The position numbers and the translations under genes are program-made. The notes under the pieces are model-generated. The model ran no database searches. It saw only the letters and a program-made list of their open reading frames with translations, and had not been told where the DNA came from. Shown in pieces: positions 48,424 through 63,467 of a stretch of 64,000 nt of DNA. Within the stretch, counting starts at the first letter, position 1. Every line of letters begins with the position of its first letter. The DNA is from Octopus sinensis (Eukaryota), in contig NC_043010.1 in NCBI RefSeq assembly GCF_006345805.1, positions 67,332,001 to 67,396,000 of the forward strand, given 5' to 3'.

Positions 48424-48798
48424 GTATGTATATATATATATATTATATACATACATATTGAGATAGAGGTTGTGAGTGCTACTCTTTGATGTGCATTGTT
48501 TTGTTCTGTACTATTATGTTTGACCTTGATGTTCATATGTAGTGGGTAATAAATTATGTGATTGGGTATTATCTGGTAGTTGATTATTGATTAAGGTGTA
48601 TTTCTCCATTTTCTTATTTTGTATTATATACATACATACATATATATATATACATATATACATATATATATATAGACATATATATACATACACAGGTACA
48701 GGCGTAGATGTGTGGAAAGAAGCTTGTTTCCCAACAACGTAGTTCCAGGTTCAGTCCCACTGCATGACACCTTGGGCAAGTGTCTTCCACTATAGTCT

Positions 48799-48851
<53 letters not shown>

Positions 48852-49512
48852 TTAAAGAAGTGACAAGCACTCAATTTGAATAGCAGCTATAGAAGATAGA
48901 GACCAAGAGACATAGACTTGGGAAGAGGGGATGCAGGTGATGCAAGTGCACCCCTAAAATTATTTGTCAAGGGAGATATGGAAAGACATAGTGGACTAGC
49001 TATTGTCTTAAGGCCCCAAAAGTCTCCAACAGCTGGTAATACTCTACAATGCTCAAGTGAGGCCCGCAAGGAACCCAAAACCATATGGTTGGGAAGCAAA
49101 CTTCTTACCACACAGGCTTTTGCATAGTTTCTGTCTACCAAATTCAACTCATGAATTATTGGTCAAAACCAATGCTCTAGTAGCAGGTACTTGCCAAAAT
49201 TTCTTGCAATGAGATTGAACTTGAATCTATGCTGTTGTCAAGGGAGCTATTTAACCACATGGCTACGTCTGTGCCAGTAAACAAATATTTATGTAAACAA
49301 TATTTCTTAATATATATGTTATTCAATATATACCGCAGGATGGGATGGTTTTATTTCTGATATCTGTTTTATGTAACACAAACCAGTGCGGGCTGAAAAC
49401 TAATGTATATTCAAAATTAACACCACATAGATATAAATAACACATTTATCATGTTTGATATCATGTTCAGTAGAATTATGTTTATGTTTAACCCTTTCAT
49501 AAATAGAAGACA

Positions 49513-49605
<93 letters not shown>

Positions 49606-49713
49606 CAGATACACACACACACACATACAGACATACACAGACACACAAACACACAGACACATTTATATATGTCTGTGTGTGTAGATATACATATATGGCA
49701 TATATGTATATGA

Positions 49714-49758
<45 letters not shown>

Positions 49759-50406
49759 ATATATATGGGGATGTATATGTATATAGATATGTATATGTAT
49801 ATAAATATATGTATGTATATGTATGTATGTATATAATATATATATATATAGATATAGTGTATGTTGTGTGTGTTGGTGTGTATATATATATATGCATGTA
49901 GATACTATATATGTAAATATATAACATACAATATATACATATATGTATACTCATGTATATATATATACACATATATGTATGAATGTATGTATGTATGTGT
50001 GTTTGTATATGTGCTTGTAGGCAGGTAGGTAGGTAGGTAGGTGGGTAGGTAGGTAGTAGGTAGGTAGGTAGGAAGATAGGTAAGTGGGTGTGTATATTTA
50101 TATTTCTTTTTCTGTACAAGATGTACAAAAGTAGTTTAGTAGCAAGGGCAACTATAATATGGAGATCACAGACATTTTTTTTTCTTCTCTTCTGAAGTAA
50201 CTGATTCATGCACTGGAACTAGCACGTGCATTCTTCTACCTGGTGCCAGATGACGTTTCTCTCAAGGAATAACAGCTAAGTTACACATGTTTGAAGAAAT
50301 TCAGTGAGCTATTGCCACTGTTGATAGCAATATGTTAGTCTAGCCATTGAAAACATGAAAATGACAGACTGCATGAGGAATGTGTAAGAACCTGTTATAT
50401 TATTGA

Positions 50407-50802
50407 CTAGCAGTATCGCCCGGCGTTGCTCGGGTTTGTAAGGGAAATAACTATATAAGCATTTTTAGAGATGTAAAGTATAATAGCCATCTCAATATGG
50501 CTAACCACAAACGGGAGTGTTACTGTAGCTTTTTACGTTCTGAGATTTAATAATACATTTTTAGAGAGTTACTTCCCTTATATAATAGCAAAAAAATGCA
50601 TCACAAATGGGGAAAAAATGATGGTAAATTTTTTTTTAAATCGTAGACTCATCGTAGATGCGCGCTAATACCCAGAAGGGCTCGATATGAATCACGACTG
50701 TAAGATACCCGGTTTTGGTTAAACTGCACCGCAAAATGTGGGAGTAGTTAGGAATCTAAATCGTAGGAGACAGACACACAACTTCACTTTTATATATAAA
50801 GA
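50407..50802 (-). mobile_element. Non-autonomous Helitron, 396 bp
   Basis: Minus strand A|TCTTTATATATAAAAG...CCCGAGCAACGCCGGG hairpin...CTAG|T: 5' TC, 3' CTAG, subterminal hairpin, AT target, no TSD. Confidence 0.85.
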
Positions 50803-52308
50803 TAACTGTGGGTGTTGTGTATAGTTAGCTGGAATATGAGAGAAGAGTGGCTTATGAGGAAGGTTTTCTACAAGAGAAAGCTGTGCATAAATGAGACGAG
50901 AAGGCTGCTACGCATTATAAGAACTGACTGTCGTGTGCAGGAGGAAGAAGTGCATCTCTATGGATATGTGATGGTACATAATCCCCTTTGTATGACAGTA
51001 CAGGCAAATCGTGGGCATGGAGATTATTTGTAATACCATGTGGTCATGTCAGGTCTATGTGGATATTCAGATGCTGGTGTCCTCTGGAGACTAGCCAACG
51101 ACATCTCAGAGTTTGCACTTGATAGTGGCAGCAAAGAGGAGGTCAATCTGACTGGTGGTACAGGACAAAAAGACCACTTGATATGTGTGAGAATCTGGAC
51201 AACCCCAGGACTTATAGAGGAAAAGTGTAAAAGAGGGAAGTGTGGTGGTAGACAACAGTAGACAACTTTGGTGGCTGTTAATGCTGCTGCTGTTGTTGCT
51301 GTTGTTGCTGGTGCTGCCGAATCAGTGCTGGTTGAAACTTTGAAAAAATAGCAAGAGCAGATGCAACCAGAGTGACCTCATACTCAGATCCACCAACACC
51401 CAGTGCTGATAAGATTGTTGTTTGTTCCTTCTCGAGCCACACCTGGCTCATAGGGCCATTTTCTTGGTTTCCTTGGCGTATAGGTTCCCCACCTGGACAG
51501 GACGCCAGTCCATCGCAGGTGAGCTGCAAGATGCAGGAGAAAAGAACGAGAGAAAGTTGTGGTGAAAGAATCAGCAGAAGTTTGCCATTACCTTCTGACG
51601 ATTTTGATGATATGTTTGTATATTTTCAAAATGACATTGTAGAATATTCGGGGGCAGATATAGCTGGATTAAATGCTAAAGGGTTGAAATAAACTTACAT
51701 AGCAGAACAAAGAATAAATTTAAATAAAAAGGAGTGAAGCCCAAATCACATATATTATCAGGGCTGTAAGACTATTACTACACTTTGCATTGAAGATATT
51801 TCAAATCAACCATCCCAAAATATTTTTCCATGTCCATTATTAACACATTTTCTACCCAGGAGATTTCCTCCATCTTTCTCTCCCCTTTCTCCTTTCTCCT
51901 TTTCCACTCTCCCTCTTTCTCTCTCCAAACAAACATGCACACTTTTTGCACATAGGTGGCAAATCGGCAGAGTTGCAAGAGAATCAGACAAAATACCTTG
52001 TAGTAGTTACTCCATCTTCCTGCATTCTGAGTTCAAATCTCACCGAGGTTAACTTTGCCTTTCATCCTTCCAGGGTCAATAATTGAAATACCAGTCAAAG
52101 ACAGTAAACTGATGAAATCATTTGAGCATTGAATGGGATGCTTTTTTGGTATTTGTTCTGGCTCTCTGTATCCAGATTTCAAATCCTACCATGGCTTACC
52201 ATGAGCAGTAGGCTAAATCTGTTGTCTGATTTAAAACCAGATTTATAGAGAATGAAAAAGAAGCTATAATAAATCTTAGAGGGAGTTATAAACAGTGGCT
52301 GCAACACA

Positions 52309-52498
52309 TCGTGACATATATTTGCCATTTAAATATGGCTAACCCCTAAGGGTAGATGCTACTGTAGTTTATAGCCCCAGGAGGACACAGAAAGTGTGTC
52401 TAAAGCCAGCTGGAGGAGGTGTCCTCCTGGGGCTACAAACTACAGTAGCATCCACCCTTAGGGGTTAGCCATATTTAAATGGCAAATATATGTCACGA
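52309..52498. repeat. Near-perfect inverted repeat: 80 bp arms, 30 nt loop, 2 mismatches
   Basis: 52309-52388 versus reverse complement of 52419-52498 = 78/80 by hand alignment. Confidence 0.95.
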
Positions 52499-53361
52499 AA
52501 AAGAAGCTTCTTCTAAGCAAACAAGACTTGTTTTTTAAAAGAAATCCACAAGTCTGTCTATGAGTGCTTGTGAATCGGCAATCACGCCTACAAGTGATAG
52601 TGCACGAGTCTCGTGCAAGTGAAAGTGATTCAGAAAATAATTATAATAATGATATTTTTTATCATAAATGATCTTGACATTCTTTTTACTTTACATAAAA
52701 TATTCTTTACATTCTAATGTTGCTTTATTGCCATTTATTTACGAGTATTATAAATTTTATATGTATAATATTTTTCTGGGAACGAATTACGATTTATAAT
52801 ATTGCTACTATGAGAAATTATTGCTCTGCTTTATAAGTTTTCACTTTACGAGCAGTCTCCAGGAAGAAATTAACTCATATATCAAGGCATTACTGTACAT
52901 AGTGTACAGAAGAGGTTATAATCCAAGCTGTAGCTTAATACTATAAGTTGCACCCTTAACCAGTGTAATTTTGTATTAGTCGTAAAGGTTTGTCTGAAGA
53001 ATTACAGGTAGGAGGCTCTTATACATGTTTTTCTAGATATTTATCTTTATGACTCCTATCCTGTAATGAAACATTCATAACATGGAATTAAGAATATACT
53101 AAATTTTTCCAGTCTTTTGTTTAGATGTTTATATCTGTCAGTATGTCTGTCTTTCTATCTATCTATCTATGTATCTATCTATATATATGCATGTATGTAT
53201 GTATGTATGTATGTATGTATGTATGCACACACACACATATGCATACATACTTCTTACTCCCCTATTTATATACATGCATACATACACACATACACACATA
53301 TACACATTTACACACACACATACATACATACATAGGTATATATACATACATGCATACATAC

Positions 53362-53424
<63 letters not shown>

Positions 53425-53550
53425 CACACACACATACATATATGTATATATTTATAGATACATTCATATGTATATATATATACATACATGCATACATTCA
53501 CACACACACATATATATATATATATATACACATTCACACATGCATACATT

Positions 53551-53583
<33 letters not shown>

Positions 53584-54099
53584 ATGTATATACACATACA
53601 TACATATACATACATACATACATACATATATATATACACATATACATACATATGTGTATGTATGTGTGTGTGTGTATATATTGAGGGGGAGAGAAGTCGG
53701 AGAGATAGAGAGATTTGTCTATGACAGATAGAAATACATGCACATTACCTCACACACACACACATACTACACGTACAAAAACACACTCGCACAGAAACAA
53801 TGACAGGCAAAACAGCTGTTACCGTGGTATCAGTTACAGTGTAGTATTTCTTTTACACATTCTGCCGGAAAGTAATAGTTGATAACGTCATTGTTGGCGG
53901 TGTTGTTGTTGTTTGTGTGACTCCCCACCATTGCCACCACCATCACTATCCCCATCGCCGCCGCCACCACCACCACCACCACCACCACTACCACCACTAC
54001 TTACATGCTTACATTTTCTTTGAATGAATCTGTAGAGAATACGGAACAAATGAGGAAATTATGAATGAAAGCACTTAAGAATTCCGCTGTAGACCCCGC

Positions 54100-54400
54100 C
54101 TTGAAAATAATGATGATGATGAAGTGGAGGAGGAGGAGAAGGATGATGATGATGAGGATGATGATGTCGATGACGACACTGATGACAAGGATGATAACAA
54201 TGATGATCAAGATGACGACAGTGATGATGATAAAGAAGATGTTGATGACAATGACCACTATGATGACGAATGTGCGAGCTAGAAATCATCGTGATGATGG
54301 TAGTCATTGATGACCCTGCTGCTAAGGACTGTCATGGTCTTCATGATGATAATGATGATGATGATGATGATGATGAATAGTGATGTAATGATGACAGCAA
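54100..54400. repeat. Degenerate (GAT)n/(GAG)n trinucleotide tract
   Basis: Direct inspection. Confidence 0.85.
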
Positions 54401-55069
54401 CAACAATGAGGGAGTGTTGAACCTCAAAATATTTCCAGTGGGAAAAATCCAGCTCCACAGGAAAGAAGATATTATAATAGAAATATGAAGAGATTGAACA
54501 CTTGAGCTTCAAAAATGCTCAGTTGGTGATGTGGAGGATTTCCTGACTCCTTTAGACTGTCTCGTTATCCAGTTTCATTATCATTTAGCACAGCTGTCTT
54601 TTATTCATTAATTATTTAGTTGGAATAGAAGTAGCAATGCCAAGAACCTTTGCAATTACACCCCTACCACTCAGGGCAAGGTTGTTGTTTAAGTCCAAAT
54701 CAGCTATGATTCAAAAGACTTTTGGTCAAAGATGTCCAACTCCTGATCGTCCAATCTTTCACTCTAGCATAGTGTGTCTGAAATCACATTATTCCAATGT
54801 GTCTTTCTTATTTTTAAGATGAAAAGGGGAGTGATTTGAGGGAGATTTGGCTTCTATTTCTAACAGACCCATTATCATCCCCAAGCATATAGTAATAAAC
54901 ATGTTGATACCCAAGACCTGAAAATAAACTTTGGATCTCATTTCCTTTTATGAATCTCATAGTTTTAACATCTCTTAATTTTGATGAAGATCCAACCCAA
55001 AGACTTCCACACATCATCTACAAGCAATGTTATGTATGCATTCACACCAACACAACCAATAATCACAAG

Positions 55070-55270
55070 TGTTTATAAGGCCTGAAATTTTTGGGGAAGG
55101 GGTCAGTCAATTAGATCGATCTCAGTATGCAACTGGTACTTAATTTATCGAACCCAAAAGGATGGAAGGCAAAGTCGATCTCAGCGAAATTTGAACTCAG
55201 AACATAAAGACAGACAAAATACCACTAAGCATTTCGCCCTGTGTACTAACATTTCTGCCAGCTCACCGCC
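55070..55270 (-). mobile_element. SINE family 1
   Basis: Reverse complement of the family 1 head and core. Confidence 0.8.
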
Positions 55271-56439
55271 TGGTGATCCTTAATATTATTTACAGTAATG
55301 GTTTCTAAATGACTTCTTGGATTTCATAGAAACTTAGATAGTCTGTGTTGGTCAAAATTAATCAATATAAAGTCCAGAATAATGAGTAAGTTTATTTATT
55401 ATGACGAGTATAGATGATCCATATATAAGTAATACTTTTTAAAAAACATTGTTTGACCTTGCAGTTTGGTTCATAGTTTTCATTAGAAACCAAGCCCTGT
55501 GCTTATCAATTGAGAAAACACTGCATTAATGACATAGCACCAGTGCCGGTGCCATGTAAAAAGCACTCATTAGAGTATTGCAATACCTACAATAAGAAGA
55601 AAGCTCTTCTTATGATCATTTGTGATGAATCTGTAACTGATGATAATCCCTAAATTCAAATTAAACATATTTATATGGGGATAACTGGGTATCCACCCTG
55701 TAAGGTGGCTGGTTTTAAGAAGGGCATCCAGCCATAAAAACCCTGCCAAAACAGACTGAAGCCTGGTGTAGTCTTTAGCCTAGCCAGCCCCTGTCAAACC
55801 ATCCAACCCATGCCAGCATGGAAAACAGACATTAAATGCTGCTGCTGCTGCTGATGATGATGATAATGTAAACAAGTTATGGGTTAAACTATATTATTTC
55901 TTTCCTTCTTTTTTTAAAAAAAAATTTGATGAACAAGTTACTTTGTTTAACAAGTAGACTATGAATATGACTAATTTCAAACAAGATACTTTTGGTATGT
56001 TTTTTAAACATCACAACAAAATTCCTGTCAACAAAATTTCTCAAAACAAAAATACAGTGGAAATAGCAAAAAATATACCAGATCTTCCTCTATTGAAAAT
56101 GTTTATGACAAAATTACCAGAAAAGTTAAATATTTAACAACCAATTCACACAAACTAATGGTAACAGTTCCTGCTCAGCCTTACCTGTACTACATTAATA
56201 CAATGTTGGGGTATTGTTGGGATAGAAATTACATTATTGTGAGGAAGAGACATGGTTCAATGGTAACGTTATTATGTTAAGGAGACCCCTGCCAGATAAC
56301 ACTCACATCTTTAGAGTTGAGGTATGAGGTACGAGGTTTAACCTTTTAGCATTCAGATTATTCTATGAAATGTAATGCTTATTTATTTAGGTATTATCAT
56401 CTTGCAGCCTTGAGATTTCAATTATGTAACTATATATAT

Positions 56440-56732
56440 TTTAGATGGAAATTATAGTTGTGATACCTGTGCCGGTGGCACGTAAAAAACACCATCCCAA
56501 AGTAGCCGATGCCAGCGCCGCCTTGACTAGCTTCTGTGCCGGTGGCACGTAAAAAGCACCCACTACACTCATGGAGTGGTTGGCATTAGGAAGGGCATCC
56601 AGCTGTAGAAACACTGCCAGATAAGACTGGATCCTGGTGCAGCCTCCTATCTTCCCAGACCCCGGTTGAACCGTCCAAACCATGCTAGCACGGAAAACGG
56701 ACATTAAACGATGATGATGATGATGATGATGA
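56440..56732 (+). mobile_element. RTE-related 3' UTR fragment with two modules
   Basis: ATGGAAATTATAGTTGTGATACC leader, modules, core, (GAT)n tail. Confidence 0.8.
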
Positions 56733-57534
56733 ATGACATTGTGAGGTATGGGTGAAAGGCTGGATCTGGCCAGTTTGAACATAAAATAGGGAGAATATTT
56801 TGGCCGGATACGGTCAGTTTAAATGCTAAAGGGTTAAAGTAGATGTAAGTAGAACATCATATATACCATCACCTCTGGGATACAAGTGTCTCGTTTAGTA
56901 AGATAAAGGTCTAGTAGGAGATCACTATTTGAACCCCATTGTAACTGTAATTTAATATTTCTTCTTAATTGCTCTGCAGTCAAATATATGCAAATATTAC
57001 TCAAAATAAAATTCTGTATTTGAATATCTAACGTATCAAATTACATCGAAAAATACTTGCAAAACAATAGGATCTTACAATGGAAAATGAATAACGGAAA
57101 GGAAACAGCAAATCCACTTTCCACTCTTCCCAGTTCATCGGAATGCAGGAGTTAGGAGCTGTGCACATGGCTACAACCAACCCGGCATTACATGTCTCAC
57201 ATCATCCTTCATAAAGTCACTCAGTCTCCACTCCTATCCTTTTAACTTCTAATGGTCCAATCAGCATACTGAACCACAATTAGTGTGAAGTACATACTAT
57301 AAATTAATCTATATTGTTTTAGCATGAGAACCAAATAAAATATGCATGCTGTATAAATGTAATAAACAACAAGTGAATTTTATTTATAGAAAGTTAATGA
57401 AAGATAGCTAATAAAAATGTCTCCGTAAGTACAGTGGTTCTCTCACTAACAGACACCCTACTCCAACTATCACCACCAAATATTAGTGAAATTTTCCTTT
57501 TACTCCCTCTTTATTAATAATTCTTTCTATTATA

Positions 57535-57945
57535 GGTACGAAAGACCTAGATCTCTGGAGACACGCTGTGATTGAGAAGACGTGGCAAGTAAAGTGAGAT
57601 CACAGCCATAGCCTACACCAGTGTCACATAACCAGTACATTTAAAAAGTACCTTTGAATCATCGGGCAATACGCTGTGCTTGAGGGGACCTACTGAGTCA
57701 AGTAAAATCAAAATCAAAAATCAAATCTTTATCAAATGGAAATTGTAGTTGTGGTCGATGTTAGCCCCCCCCCTCCCCACTCCAACTGGCTCCTGTAGCC
57801 CAGTAGCACGTAAAAAGCACCATCCAAACGGGGCTGATGCCAGTGCCACCTGACTGGCTCCCATGCTGGTGGCATGTAAAAAGCACCCACTACACTCTCA
57901 GAGTGGTTGGCATTAGGAAGGCCATCCAGCTGTAGAAACACACTC
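57535..57945 (+). mobile_element. RTE LINE ORF2 C-terminus joined to the module-bearing 3' UTR
   Basis: TKDLDLWRHAVIEKTWQVK* (RTE-like DRxxWR terminus) leads into ATGGAAATTGTAGTTGTG, the modules and the GGTTGGCATTAGGAAGG core. Confidence 0.65.
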
Positions 57946-58096
57946 ACACAAATTTGATTATTGAGATAGCTGGAAGATGGAAGATACATTCTCATATCTT
58001 CCATCTTCTGTCTCTCTCATTAATCAGATACCCAACAAACACTGTGAAAGTGAATGTGTTTCACTGGTAAGTTACCAGGTGTATATCATGCAAGTT

Positions 58097-58141
<45 letters not shown>

Positions 58142-58956
58142 TGTCATCATTGTCGTCATTGTCGTCATCATCATCCTCTTCATCATCATCTTCCTCATCA
58201 TCATTGTCGTTTAACATCCACTTACCATGCTGGCATGGGTTGGATGGTTTGACTGAGGACTGGCAAGCTGGAAGGCTGCACAAAGCTCCAATCTGATCTG
58301 GCAAGGTTTCTACAGCTTGATGCCCTTCCTAACACCAACCACTCTGTGAGTGTAGTGGGTGCTTTTTACATGCCACCAGCATGGGAGCCAGTCAGGTGGC
58401 ACTGGCAATGACCCATGCTATATATATGTGTGTGTGTGTGTATATATATATACATATATATGACAAGCTTCTTTCAGTTTCCCTTTACCAAATCCACCCC
58501 CAAGGCTTTGGTTGGCATGGGACTACTGTAGGAGACACTTATCAAAGGTGGCCTGCAGTGGGACTCAACCTAGAGCCATGTAGTTAGGAGGTGAGCTATA
58601 TACCATGGGGAGAAAAGTGAGTATATGGTGCTTTATGTGTGAAGTTCCTGGCATCAGGTTTTGGTAAATATATCTGTTTGAAGTAAACCAGAGACTGGCC
58701 CATTAACAGGCATTGTGACACAGTATGAATAAATGAGGCATGAATTACAACAACTGGTATAGTATGAATTACAAGAACAACTATAAGCATGGTTGGTATG
58801 AAGTTTGCTTCCCAACCATATTGTTCTGGATTCAGTCCTACAGTTTAACATCTTGGGTAAGTGTCTTCTGTTATAGCCCTGGGCAGACCAAAACCTTATG
58901 AGTGGATTTGGTAGATAAAATCTGAAAGAAGCCTGTCTTATATATATGTATATATA

Positions 58957-59167
58957 CGAGGGGTGCCGGAAAGTTCCTGGCTCTGGGTAAAAGAAAATAC
59001 AGGAGGATCAGTTGACTATGATTTTATTCAACATATTCTCCACTCAAGTACACATATTTACTGCAGTGGTCCTTCAGTTTTTCTAAACTCTGTAGAAGAA
59101 ATGGATGGTTGGGCCTCCAAACATGCCTTTCACAATATCCTTAAAGCCAGGAACATTTTGGCACACC

Positions 59168-59171
<4 letters not shown>
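58957..59171. mobile_element. Mariner-derived MITE, ~215 bp, TA-flanked
   Basis: TA-CGAGGGGTGCCGGAAAGTTCCTGGCT ... AGCCAGGAACATTTTGGCACACCCTCA-TA terminal inverted repeats. Confidence 0.85.
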
Positions 59172-59206
<35 letters not shown>

Positions 59207-59311
59207 ATATATATATATATATTATATATATATTATATATATATATATATATATATTATATTATATATATATATATGTATATATATATATACATACATAT
59301 ATATATAAACA

Positions 59312-59650
59312 CACAGGGTGTGGTGAATAAACTGTCGTCTAAATTACGCAAAATGAAAATAACACTGACATCATTTTAACAAATATATTTACCAAAACTG
59401 CATAAAAATATCTTGAACTATTAAAGAGTAAATTTATTCAATAAAATCGCCATTGGCTTCAATCACGGTCCCCAGACGACTTTGGAATCTCCTGCAACTC
59501 TTCTGGATGGTCTCTTTGTTTAAGTTGGTGAATGCTGCTATAATCCTTGCCTTCAGTTCATCATTGGTGTTACTGAGAAGTTAGGTGGCCAAATGTTAGG
59601 TGTGATGTGGTTGCAGAAATTGTCTGACAGCCATGACTGGGTTCTCCTGC
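59312..59650 (-). mobile_element. 3' end of a maT-like transposon
   Basis: APCHTSRRTQSWLSDNFCNHITPNIWPPN (truncated WPPNSPD motif)...RLGTVIEANGDFIE*; TIR CAGGGTGTGGTGAATAAACTGTCGTC. Confidence 0.75.
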
Positions 59651-59709
59651 TTGTGTGGCATGGTGCATATATATGTGTGTGTGTGTGTGGTGTGTGTGTG
59701 TGTGTGTGT

Positions 59710-59749
<40 letters not shown>

Positions 59750-60482
59750 GTGTGTGGTAATTGTAACTAAATATCACAGACACACAAACAGTGTCCTTTA
59801 TCTCCAATCTTCTGTGATTACATGTCTGGTGTCGGGGAAACATTACCTTACTTAGAAACAGGTGAGGGTTGGCAACAGGAAGGGCATGTGGCCATAAAAA
59901 ATCTGCCTCAGCATATTCCATCTGACCCATGCAAGCATAGAAAAGTGGACATTAAAACAACGATGATGATGATGATGATGATGATTACTACTACAGCATA
60001 AACTGCAGTAACTGCTACTGTTTAAACTACAGCAACCAGTAGTGAGAAGAGTACGATAACTAAGAATGATATGAAGCACAGTGACAGTATAAACTAAGAT
60101 ATGCACGGTATGCACTACAACCGGTAAAGTATAAACTATTTCAACAGGACAGTATGAATTATAACAATCAGTCATATATAGGTCTTAAAAGTCATTCAGC
60201 AGAAACTATAGCAACTAGTACAGTACAGGCCTTTTCAACCAGGACAATATGGCCTTTAAAATCAGTAGTACATGCGTCTTAACAACTAGTACATTTTGAT
60301 AATAACCACCATACAAGACAATAAAGGGTTTCAGTTGAGAAGGTCACTTTGGGAGGGAACAGAATGTTATTTAGAAACAGATATAACTTGAAAATTCAAT
60401 GACCTTTAAACTCATCTTAATTCTTGTTTTTTAGTTTTTTGTTTTTATTTCTGAAAATTTAAGGAGTAAAAGCACTTATGAG

Positions 60483-60532
<50 letters not shown>

Positions 60533-61618
60533 TGTGTGTGTATATTATATATATATATAATGCATATCTATATGAGTGTATATATATATATATATATATG
60601 CATATCTATATATATGCATATATATATATATGCATATCTATATATATGCATATATGTGTGTGTGTATGAGTGTATATATATATATATATATATATATGCA
60701 TATCTATCTATATGCATATATATCTATATGCATATATGTGTATGTGTGTGTGTGTGTGTGGTATATGTATTTGGTTTTATATCAATGGAGTTTATGTTGG
60801 TATATATTTGTGCATGGCTTGTGTATGTGTAATGTACATACGAGGCTTAAAGTGTTTAGTGCATATGTATTAAGTGTGTGTGACCAAGTCTGTGTAAAAA
60901 TGTATGCCAGTGTATTTAAGTATACACGCACTAGTGTATATGTAAAAGTGTATACATATGCGTGCGTATATGATTATATATGTGATGTCTGTGTGTGTGT
61001 GTATGTGCATGCACGTGGGTGTGTGTGTTGTCGCCTATTAGAGATGAGGGTTCTTTATTTTCCCAGATGATTTTTTCTGCAAGAATCTAAGCATTGCCTA
61101 CTTAACCTTGAATAAAAAAAATCTGCCCTTTCTGAACAGTTCAAGCTTCAAGTTCTCAGCCAATACAAGGACTAACTATTGCATTGCAGTACTTTTCAAT
61201 TATTATTTGAATGGCACCACTTGAATGTAAATTTTTTTTTTTTCTTAATGTGTGAGGTTGACTTTTCTGCAATACAAACTATTCATGTCAAATACATCAT
61301 TTATTCTATAGAAAACTCAGAACTTATTTTTCAGCATGCTGCCTTGTTTTGTTCTTATCTTTTTTCCACCCCATTTGTAAATTATCTGTTAGTTTCTTTG
61401 GCTATGTCACACACAACACAGATACATTCTTTCTTTCATCTGGGTATGTGGGAAGAGAAACGAGAGAAAGATCCCACACATACACACCTTGTTCGGTATT
61501 GGTGGCATGGAGCAGGGCTGAGGGTAACATTCAACAACAGCAACAATAAGCATTCACAATTCCATCTCCAGTAATAACCTTGGAAAAATACTCTCTCCAC
61601 CTTTTCCTCTTTCTCTTG

Positions 61619-61665
<47 letters not shown>

Positions 61666-62299
61666 TGAATGAGATTATAGCGGAAAGAGTTTTCTACTTA
61701 TTGACAGGATTTAAAAGTTATAGTTATTATTATTCAATAGTGCAAGCTGTTGCCATTTAGCTCTAGGTCAGCTTTGATGGGGGCAGACCTTCAAGCTGTG
61801 ACCATCTATACTCATGTTCAAACCTGGTGCAGTCTAGATCTGCATTAACCATTACATCGTTCCATTTTCTCTGTAAGTAAGTGTTATTTGGGGAAAATTT
61901 GGCTGATGTTTCTAGCATAAAACAAGGCTGCCTCATTTCCTCATCAGCTGTTGTACTTTTGAGTGGATTAACTTATTGAAAATGGAATTTAAGCTTCAAC
62001 TAGATGTTTTACATGTCAATTATCGCAATCTCACTCTTTCTCTCCTAATATGCCCACCTCTGCTCTCTCTCTATCTCTCTCCTATTACTTCCTCCATTTT
62101 GCTACTCATTATTGACATTCATAATGGTTTTTGTATTTTTTTTAAAATAATGATTGTTATCAATTGATTATTATTATGTAAAAATGCTTTATTCTCAAAT
62201 CCTCAAATGATATCAGTAAATTGCTTCCACTGTACGTTAATAGATATGAATGAATGTATGTGCATATGCATGTATATAATAATAATAACAATAATAATA

Positions 62300-62349
<50 letters not shown>

Positions 62350-62565
62350 TTAGGGAGTATAACTCCAAACTTACAGGGAAAAATTCAATTTAGTATAAAA
62401 TCAAATTTGTTTTTTTACGTATATATTGATCATTCAATTTTATACTTTTCGAGATCTAGTTATATGTTTTATAAAATATATTTTATTTGTTATTCATGTT
62501 TTGGTTTATGTCTGTCACAGTTTGAGTTGCATAATAGTGGTTTTATCTCTAATTTATATTTTATA

Positions 62566-62659
<94 letters not shown>

Positions 62660-62684
62660 ATATATTTATATATTTATATATATA

Positions 62685-63035
62685 TCGTTGCCAGAGCAGC
62701 CAACTGGCTTCTGTACCTGTGGCACGTAAAAGGGCACCATTCGTGCGTGATGGTTACCAACGTCGCTTCACTGGCACCTGTGCCGGTGGGCACGTGTAAA
62801 AAGATTCGAGCGAGGTCATTGCCAGTACCGCCTGACTGGCCCCCGTGCAGGTGGCACGTAAAAAGCACCCACTACACTCTCGGAGTGGTTGGCGTTAGGA
62901 AGGGCATCCAGCTGTAGAAACTCTGCCAGATCAAGACTGGAGCCTGGTGCAGCCATCTGGTTCGCCAGCCCTCACTCAAAACCATCCAACCCATGCTAGC
63001 ATGGAAAACGGACGTTAAATGATGATGATGATGAT
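62685..63035 (+). mobile_element. RTE-related 3' UTR fragment with three modules
   Basis: Same family as 19970-20350. Confidence 0.8.
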
Positions 63036-63038
63036 ATA

Positions 63039-63262
63039 CGAGCTGGTAGAAACGTTAGCACGCCGGGCGAAATTCGTAGCAGTATTTCGTCTGTCGTTAC
63101 GTTCCGAGTTCAAATTCCGCCGAGGTCGACTTTCCCTTTCATCCTTTCGGGGTCGATAAATTAAGTACCAGTTACGCACTGGGGTCGATGTAATCGACTT
63201 AATCCCTTTGTCTGTCCTTGTTTGTCCCCTCTATGTTTGGCCCTTTGTGGGTAGTAAAGAAA
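63039..63262 (+). mobile_element. SINE family 1
   Basis: Near-identical to 11434-11664. Confidence 0.88.
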
Positions 63263-63277
63263 GATATATATATATAT

Positions 63278-63467
63278 CATCATCATCATCATCATCATTT
63301 AGCGTCCGTTTTCCATGCTAGCATGGGTTGGACGGTTCTACTGGGGTCTGTGAAGCCAGAAGGCTTCATCAGGCCCAGTCAAATCTGGCAGTGTTTCTAC
63401 GGCTGGATGCCCTTCCTAACGCCAACCACTCCGTGAGTGTAGTGGGTGCTTTTTACGTGCCACCCGC
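63278..63467 (-). mobile_element. RTE-related 3' UTR fragment, one module
   Basis: (CAT)n tail, core, single TTTTTACGTGCCAC. Confidence 0.8.

Noticed and set aside
50245-50285. Second hammerhead (GAAACGTC on the minus strand)
   Set aside because: No CUGANGA core upstream.
54001-54512. His-rich, Met-rich and Ile-rich ORFs
   Set aside because: Products of the (GAT)n tract.
57075-57200. 41-codon minus-strand frame ending at ATT|GTAAGA
   Set aside because: No good acceptor and no link to the other exons; cannot be supported.
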